The notes under the pieces were generated by a model. That model saw only the letters and a program-made list of their open reading frames with translations, did no database searches and had not been told where the DNA came from. Shown piece by piece: positions 8,476 to 15,289 of a stretch of 15,289 bases of DNA. Each line of letters starts with the position of its first letter. The stretch's first letter is position 1. The stretch comes from Fibrobacteria bacterium (GTDB taxonomy: Bacteria; Fibrobacterota; Fibrobacteria; UBA11236), in NCBI GenBank assembly GCA_050486505.1, contig JBJHDK010000057.1, positions 1-15,289 of the forward strand. The letters are read 5' to 3'. Position numbers and translations under genes: made by a program.

Positions 8476-8718
8476 TCAGAAGAGGATGGCTTCCAGGGCG
8501 GCGAGCAGAGGGTCGCCCATCCACGTGTAAAGGAGATTGCGGGCGCCGGGAAGATCGTAGGCCTCCAGGCCGAGCAGAATCATGTTGGCCACGAAAAAGG
8601 CCGTGAACCCGCCGATGCCGTAGTACAGGAGGAAGAAGACTCCCTTGCGCGGCTCGCGGTCGCGCGGGTTGATCAGCAGGCGATAAAGCCATGAAATCAG
8701 TCGGTAAGTGAAAGGCAC
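8476..8718 (-). CDS. Small hypothetical membrane protein (80 aa)
   Basis: Fills the gap upstream of the kinase in the same orientation, with its stop 16 nt before the kinase start. GC3-rich codons and one hydrophobic segment (VFFLLYYGIGGFTAFFVANMILLGL). GTG start has TAATTT 6 nt upstream. Confidence 0.7.
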   Translation of the reverse strand: MPFTYRLISWLYRLLINPRDREPRKGVFFLLYYGIGGFTAFFVANMILLGLEAYDLPGARNLLYTWMGDPLLAALEAILF

Positions 8719-8725
8719 GGGAGGA

Positions 8726-8853
8726 AATTAGGAATTACGAATTACGAAATACGCATGAAAGGGGGCGCCGGAGCTTCGAATCGGGAGGAACGGTGCCGGT
8801 GATCAGGATCTCCGGCACGAGGGCATCCGCAGTGCTCCATTCGTAATTCGTAA
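8726..8853. repeat. Cassette A: inverted tandem-heptamer arms around a ~86-nt spacer with an internal hairpin
   Basis: Left arm AATTAGG-AATTACG-AATTACG-AAATACG (8726-8753). Right arm TTCGTAATTCGTAA (8840-8853) is the exact reverse complement of 8735-8748. Internal stem GTGCCGG (8793-8799) / CCGGCAC (8812-8818). Confidence 0.9.
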
Positions 8854-8858
8854 CGGAC

Positions 8859-10493
<1,635 letters not shown>

Positions 10494-10502
10494 AGGGGGC
10501 CA

Positions 10503-10531
10503 AAGGTAGAATCGACGGCGGAGTGTCCCAA
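10503..10531 (-). promoter_or_regulatory. Putative sigma70-type promoter of gpmI
   Basis: On the minus strand, TTGGGA (10531-10526), a 17-nt spacer, then TACCTT (10508-10503), ending 9 nt before the ATG. No SD sequence in between. Confidence 0.55.
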
Positions 10532-10589
10532 TCCGGAGCAATTATCGCGGAGAATGCCCCGGAATCGATGCGGTGGGGTGGACAGGGAA

Positions 10590-10737
10590 TTATGAGTGAT
10601 GAGTCGTGAGTTATGAGTTAAGGGGCAGGGATGCCGTACTGTAAACAGGAAGTTCCACGAAGCTTGCCGGAATGCGAAAAGCGCGCACTCCGTACGAACC
10701 CGTCTTCAACTCATCACTCACGACTCATCACTCATAA
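10590..10737. repeat. Cassette B: 30-bp inverted tandem-heptamer arms around an 88-nt spacer
   Basis: Left arm TTATGAG-TGATGAG-TCGTGAG-TTATGAG-TT (10590-10619). The reverse complement of the right arm (10708-10737) is TTATGAG-TGATGAG-TCGTGAG-TGATGAG-TT, a 29/30 match. Confidence 0.95.
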
Positions 10738-10742
10738 CTGAC

Positions 10743-12245
10743 TCAGTCAATCGCCTCCACCTTGACCTTCTTACGGTTCAGGATCCCGTACTTGTCGGGG
10801 ATGAGCACCACCAGCACTTCGAGGTTGTCGGTGCCGGGGAACATGTCGAAGGGGATGACCTTGGCGATCATGTAGCCCTGCTTGCGCCAGTTCTTCACTT
10901 CGCCGGGAAGGGCGTCCATGCCGCAGAAGAGGTGGGCGACGCGTCGCGGTTGGCGCTCCGCCAGTGCCCGGACGAGTCCCTGGGGCGTACCCTGCGCCGG
11001 GGGATCGAGGAGCAGGATTTCGGGAGTTTCATCCGCTTCGGGTAGCAGCCGGCGCAAGCGTGAGACCTCGAGCTTGCCCGCCTTGAAGCGCACGTTGCGG
11101 GTGCGCTCGCGCCCGGCGGTGAGGGCCGCGGCGTCAAGGGAGACGGGGGAGAACTCGACACCCAGCGCCTCCGCGCACTCCGCCGCGAGCGGGAAGGTAA
11201 AGAGGCCGCAGCCGCAGTAGAGATCGAGCAGCCGGTCGCTTTTCGCGGGCTTGAGCGCGCGCTTGACCTCCTCGATCACGCGTGGCAGAATCGACAGGTT
11301 GACCTGAAAGAACCCCAGCGGGTGCAGGAAGTAGCGGCGGCCCGCCACGTCGATCGGGAGGTATTCGGGGCCGACGAGTTTTTTGAGGCGCTGCGAGTGC
11401 ACGGGCCCGCGCGCTTCCAGGTAGTAGTTCGACTGTGAAGGATCATGGAACAGGTGCGCGGCGACCACGCCGGTGGCGGGGTCGGCCACGAGGTGGCCGG
11501 CGAGCATTTTCGCCTTGCGCACGGTCTCCTGGCTCATGCGATGCACGTTGAACAGCACCATGCGCTGCTCGCCGCCGCGCACGATCAGGAAGTTGAGAGC
11601 CCCGGCCAAGGCGCGGTAGGCCGGGTCGGAGAGCTTCTCCAGCGCCTTGCGGTACACGGCCTGGTGTCCTTCGGGTTCGAGGGGCCAGTGCACGCCTGCC
11701 TTGCGCAGGGTCGCGGCCTCGCTCGCGGGGCGTCCCGTGAAAAAGTCCCAGTCCCAACCGGCGCCGCGCGGCACGAGGCGGCGCTTCGAGGTCGAGCGGT
11801 AGTGCCGCGGCTCGGGCGATGCGATCACCTTGTTGGGTTTGTCGGGGATCTGGTGCGCCAGCCAGAAGGCGCGCAACGCGGCGTTCTTCAACTCCAGCTC
11901 GCGGGCGTAGTCGAGACGTGCCAGCGGAGCAGGTTCGGGCAGAAGCTGGTCGGAGAGTCCCCCTTCCCGGGCGAGATCGCGCAGGATCGACGAGAATGCA
12001 TTGCGGCCGAGTCCCTTGGAGGGAGAGAGTTCGGGGGTTCCCCCCGCATTCCGTTCGGTGCCCGGGGAGGTTCCGCGTCCCTTGCCCTGTTTGGCGCCCT
12101 GCGTTCTTCCGCTGCGTCGCGGCTTGCGCGCATCACGGGAATCGCGCGAGTCCTGCCTTGCTCCACGCTCCTCGGCTTCCTGCTTGCGTTTTTCGGCACG
12201 GCGCTCCTTGCGCGCGGAATCCGGTTTGAACTTGTAGAACGTCAT
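10743..12245 (-). CDS. Class I SAM-dependent RNA m5U methyltransferase, TrmA/RlmD family
   Basis: GFFQVN, LLDLYCGCGLF (SAM binding), LLLDPP, HLFC (catalytic Cys position), FDMFPGTDNLE. Basic low-complexity N-terminus. Target RNA is undetermined. Confidence 0.88.
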   Translation of the reverse strand: MTFYKFKPDSARKERRAEKRKQEAEERGARQDSRDSRDARKPRRSGRTQGAKQGKGRGTSPGTERNAGGTPELSPSKGLGRNAFSSILRDLAREGGLSDQLLPEPAPLARLDYARELELKNAALRAFWLAHQIPDKPNKVIASPEPRHYRSTSKRRLVPRGAGWDWDFFTGRPASEAATLRKAGVHWPLEPEGHQAVYRKALEKLSDPAYRALAGALNFLIVRGGEQRMVLFNVHRMSQETVRKAKMLAGHLVADPATGVVAAHLFHDPSQSNYYLEARGPVHSQRLKKLVGPEYLPIDVAGRRYFLHPLGFFQVNLSILPRVIEEVKRALKPAKSDRLLDLYCGCGLFTFPLAAECAEALGVEFSPVSLDAAALTAGRERTRNVRFKAGKLEVSRLRRLLPEADETPEILLLDPPAQGTPQGLVRALAERQPRRVAHLFCGMDALPGEVKNWRKQGYMIAKVIPFDMFPGTDNLEVLVVLIPDKYGILNRKKVKVEAID

Positions 12246-12649
12246 GCGGGAAGGTCTTCTTCGGGGGAGGGGTGCTTGAGGGCATCGGCGAGCATTCCGG
12301 CGAAGCCGTGCTGGCGGAAGAGATAGGGATCGAGCGTGAACTCCACGTCCGGGTGGGTGACGCGCAGTTTCTCAAGTTCGGCGGGAACATCTTCGATCAT
12401 GTGGCGACCGGTGAACACGAGCAGCGGGAGGATGCGGATCCGCTTGCAGCCTCCCGACACCAAGGTCTCCGCGGCGGCCTCGATGCGGGGATCCTGATTG
12501 AGAAACGCGTGGGCGAAGCGCCAGTCAGGCAGGTCGATGGCCATCCGGGCGCACAGGGCCTGGATCTCGGAGACGGTACCGGGTTCGCGGCTGCCGTGGC
12601 CGAGCAGCACCGCGCCGGAGATGACGGAGGGGGAAGGGGAGGAAGACAT
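12242..12649 (-). CDS. Single-domain CbiX/SirB-family sirohydrochlorin chelatase-like protein (135 aa)
   Basis: VLLGHGSR, AFL, PLLVFTGRHMIEDVP, with both metal-binding His motifs present. Start ATG 12649 (the ORF-track extension to 13126 is antisense to bioD). ATGA overlap with the methyltransferase. Confidence 0.88.
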   Translation of the reverse strand: MSSSPSPSVISGAVLLGHGSREPGTVSEIQALCARMAIDLPDWRFAHAFLNQDPRIEAAAETLVSGGCKRIRILPLLVFTGRHMIEDVPAELEKLRVTHPDVEFTLDPYLFRQHGFAGMLADALKHPSPEEDLPA

Positions 12650-12656
12650 TGTGGCT

Positions 12657-12672
12657 GGAAAGGTACCTTTCC
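12657..12672. promoter_or_regulatory. 16-bp perfect palindrome in the 28-bp divergent gap; symmetric -10 element or operator
   Basis: GGAAAGGTACCTTTCC. TACCTT on + (12664-12669) ends 8 nt before the bioD ATG, and TACCTT on - (12665-12660) ends 10 nt before the cbiX-like ATG. Confidence 0.65.
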
Positions 12673-12677
12673 CCCCC

Positions 12678-13391
12678 ATGTCCCGCGTTCTTTGCATCAC
12701 CGGCACCGGCACCGACATCGGAAAAACCGCCCTGTCGCTCGCCGTGTTGCTGTGGGCGCGCGCTCGCGGCTTGCGCGCGGGATACGTCAAACCGGTGCAA
12801 TGCGGCTCGCGTCGCCCCGACGACCCGGATTTCGGTGATTCCGAGTGGATCCGGGAGGGGTTTCCCGAGGCCGTCTCCGCCGAGGCCGTGTACGCGTTCC
12901 CCGATGCCGTGTCGCCACACCTCGCCTCGGAGCGCGCCAATGTCTGGATCGACCCGGACTGGATTCTCGAACAGGTCGCGACGGCCGCGCGCCGCTGTGA
13001 TTTGCTCGTCGTCGAAGGCGCGGGCGGTGCGGCGGTTCCCCTGAACCGCGACGGCCTTTCCCTGGCCGACGTGGCCGCGCGCGGCGGGTGGCCGTGCCTC
13101 ATTGGAACGCTTCCCGGGCTCGGCACCTTGCATCACACCCTGACCACCGCGCACTTCCTGGCCGCGCGGGGTGCACGTGCCGCCGGGTTCGCCATGTTGC
13201 AAAACACCCCGGAGGAGTCTCCGCTGCAGCCCGACAACGCGGCCACGCTGGAACAACTGCTCGGGGTTCCCTTCTTCGGCCTCGTGCCGCATTGCCCGGG
13301 GCTCGAACGCAAGCTTCCGCCCTCGCCCGCGGTGGCGGCGCTGCTGGCGGAGTCGCTCCCCGGACTCGACACCTGGTGGGAGGCGGCGTGA
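12678..13391 (+). CDS. bioD: Dethiobiotin synthase
   Basis: Begins MSRVLCITGTGTDIGKT (P-loop), then YVKPVQCG, SPHLA, LVVEGAGG, LGTLHHT. Start ATG 12678. Confidence 0.95.
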   Translation: MSRVLCITGTGTDIGKTALSLAVLLWARARGLRAGYVKPVQCGSRRPDDPDFGDSEWIREGFPEAVSAEAVYAFPDAVSPHLASERANVWIDPDWILEQVATAARRCDLLVVEGAGGAAVPLNRDGLSLADVAARGGWPCLIGTLPGLGTLHHTLTTAHFLAARGARAAGFAMLQNTPEESPLQPDNAATLEQLLGVPFFGLVPHCPGLERKLPPSPAVAALLAESLPGLDTWWEAA

Positions 13392-14608
13392 CCGCTCCCC
13401 GGTTTCCCGACAATCCTTTCCCCGCGATCCTCGCGGAGCGCCGCGCCTCGGGGCTGTATCGCGAGCCCGTGGAGCTCGAAGGGGCGCCGGGCAAGTGGAT
13501 CACGCGCACGGTGGACGGCGCGCCGAAGCGTTGCCTCAACCTGGCCTCCAACAACTCGCTGGATCTGGCGGGGCACCTTCGGCTCACCGCCGCCGCGACG
13601 GCGGCCACTGAGGCGTACGGAACCGGCAGCGGCGGCTCGCGCCTGCTGGGCGGAAATCTCCCCCTGCATGCAGAGCTGGAGCGTGCGCTTGAAGCGTACC
13701 GACCCGGTCGTGCGCTCGTGTTCAACACGGGGTTCCAAGCCAACCTCACCGTGGTTTCCACGCTCGGTTCCGTCCTGGGCGGAGTCTTCGCCGACAAGCT
13801 CGCGCATGCCAGCGTCGCCGAGGGCCTGCGCCTGTTGCCGGCCGGAAAGTCCGCGGGCTTCCATCGCTTTCGTCACAACGACGCCAATCATCTGGAAGAA
13901 CTGCTCAAGATGCGGCAACCGCGCGAGGGTGGTCTCGTCGTGACGGAAGCCCTGTTCAGCATGGACGGCGATCACCCGCCCTTCGCGGATCTTTGCGCGC
14001 TGCAAAAACGCTACGGCTTCTGGATGCTGCTCGACGAAGCGCACTCCACCGGGGCGTATCCGGAACTGCACAAGCAGGGGTTGGGGGGACTCCCGGAGCG
14101 CACGATCCTTTTGGGAACTTTCGGAAAGGCGCTCGGCAGTTTCGGGGCCTATGTCGCCGCGCCTCCCGAGATTCGCGATCACCTGGTCCAGTTCGGGCGC
14201 GGCTTCATCTACAGCACCGCGTTGCCGCCCGCCGTTCTCGGGGCGAACATCGCCGCGCTCGCGGCGGTGCAGGATCCGGCCGAAGCCCGGCGCCGCGACA
14301 AGCTCGCGTCGATCTCCGCCTTCGCGCGTGCGGAGTTGCATCGACACGGCTTCGACACGGGTGAGTCCGCCGCGCACATCGTTCCGGTACTGCTTGGAAG
14401 CCCTGACATGGCGGTCGCAGTTTCCTCCGCGCTGCTGCGCGCGGGGTTTCACGTGCCCGCCATCCGTCCCCCGACGGTGCCTGCGGGCACGGCGCGGTTG
14501 CGCCTCAGCCTCACCTGCGCGTTCGAGGAAGCCGATGTGATCGCGTTGGCGAAGGCACTCGCCGAGGCGTTGGCCGCCGTCCGCGATGCAGCGGGAAAGA
14601 GCGCATGA
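13388..14608 (+). CDS. bioF: 8-amino-7-oxononanoate synthase (PLP-dependent, class II)
   Basis: GTGA overlap with the bioD stop. Motifs GSGGSRLLGG, TGFQAN, HAS, FRHND, TEALFSMDGD, LDEAHS, GTFGKALG (PLP Lys), IYSTALPP, AIRPPTVP..TARLRLSL. Confidence 0.95.
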   Translation: MTAPRFPDNPFPAILAERRASGLYREPVELEGAPGKWITRTVDGAPKRCLNLASNNSLDLAGHLRLTAAATAATEAYGTGSGGSRLLGGNLPLHAELERALEAYRPGRALVFNTGFQANLTVVSTLGSVLGGVFADKLAHASVAEGLRLLPAGKSAGFHRFRHNDANHLEELLKMRQPREGGLVVTEALFSMDGDHPPFADLCALQKRYGFWMLLDEAHSTGAYPELHKQGLGGLPERTILLGTFGKALGSFGAYVAAPPEIRDHLVQFGRGFIYSTALPPAVLGANIAALAAVQDPAEARRRDKLASISAFARAELHRHGFDTGESAAHIVPVLLGSPDMAVAVSSALLRAGFHVPAIRPPTVPAGTARLRLSLTCAFEEADVIALAKALAEALAAVRDAAGKSA

Positions 14609-15289
14609 GCAAGCCCGTTGTGCACTGGATGGGCGGCTGGGTTTCCTCGCTCGATTGCTGGGAGCCGCAGTTGCGCGAACTGTTCCCGGATTTCGAGCAC
14701 CGTTTCATCGACACCCACGCGGTGCTTGACAACACGCTCCCTCCCCCCACTTCGGGGAGCGTGGTCGCCGCGTGGTCCCTCGGTTCGCTGCGGGTTCACC
14801 GCTGGATGGCGGAAGGTACATGGCCGGTGGAGGTGCCGGTTCTCTCGCTGTGCCCGGTGTTTCGCTTCGTGCAGCCCGGTGCTTTCGGGGAGTCCATCCT
14901 GTTGCGCATGGAGCAGAAGCTCGGCAGCGAGCGCGAGGCGGTGTTGCGCGACTTCTGGCGGCGCATGCCCAAGGCCTCCGACATGCCGCCCGGGTGGGAG
15001 GAACAATGGATCGCGGGTTCGCGGCGCTACGATGACGCGAGCGTGCTGAAGGCCCTCCAGTACCTGCGTCTGCAGGTCGCCGATCCGGCGGCGTTGCGTA
15101 CCGTGCCCGCGCGCTGGGAATTGATCGCGGGCGCGCGGGACCGCCTCGCGCCCCTGGGCGCGTGGAAAGACGCGCTGCCGGCGCATGTCCGTTTGCATGT
15201 GCACGAGGGCGGGCACATTCCGTTTTGGGAATGCTCGGAGTTGGTGGGGGGTGCACTTCGACGTCTCGCGGGAATGGAGGCGAGTGTAT
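14605..15289 (+). CDS. Alpha/beta hydrolase, probable pimeloyl-ACP methyl ester esterase (BioH/BioG-like); stop lies beyond the window
   Basis: Translated by hand from ATG 14605 (ATGA overlap with bioF); open for 228 codons to the window end. MSKPVVHWMGGW..., AWSLG (Ser58, 14776), GARDRL (Asp179, 15139), GGHIPF (His204, 15214). Confidence 0.85.
   Translation, partial: MSKPVVHWMGGWVSSLDCWEPQLRELFPDFEHRFIDTHAVLDNTLPPPTSGSVVAAWSLGSLRVHRWMAEGTWPVEVPVLSLCPVFRFVQPGAFGESILLRMEQKLGSEREAVLRDFWRRMPKASDMPPGWEEQWIAGSRRYDDASVLKALQYLRLQVADPAALRTVPARWELIAGARDRLAPLGAWKDALPAHVRLHVHEGGHIPFWECSELVGGALRRLAGMEASV

Noticed and set aside
10639..10648. CTGTAAACAG resembling a BirA half-site
   Set aside because: No matching second half-site, and it lies 2 kb from the bio operon start.
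10590..10737. Heptamer arrays (also 8726-8853) as a CRISPR array or rho-independent terminator
   Set aside because: Units are 7 nt, contiguous and inverted, with no unique spacers between direct repeats and no cas genes. The loops are ~90 nt and there is no U-tract.
12498..13387. Extended starts in the ORF track for bioD (12498), the cbiX-like gene (13126) and bioF (13088)
   Set aside because: They would overlap neighbouring genuine genes. Family motifs and stop/start overlaps support 12678, 12649 and 13388.

Overview
GC-rich bacterial chromosomal window. The left end (1-2314) holds the 3' part of an Rhs/YD-repeat polymorphic toxin with a permuted papain-like C-terminal domain and a coupled lipoprotein that is a candidate immunity protein. 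Converging on it is a minus-strand run: small cbiX-like chelatase, TrmA/RlmD-family RNA methyltransferase, gpmI, an 80-aa membrane protein, a sensor kinase, an OmpR-type regulator, a secreted TPR/beta-propeller protein and pssA. A divergent biotin operon follows: bioD, bioF and a BioH/BioG-like esterase that is missing from the ORF track. The least explained signals are non-coding. (i) Two related ~130-150 bp cassettes flank gpmI, each made of inverted tandem-heptamer arms (TTAYGAR) that start exactly 5 nt after a TGA stop in the shared context TGAGTCMGTTAYGAR. (ii) A perfect 20-bp inverted copy of the pssA 3' end sits at the Rhs-island junction. (iii) A 16-bp palindrome between cbiX and bioD presents TACCTT on both strands, and the same motif recurs upstream of gpmI and pssA.
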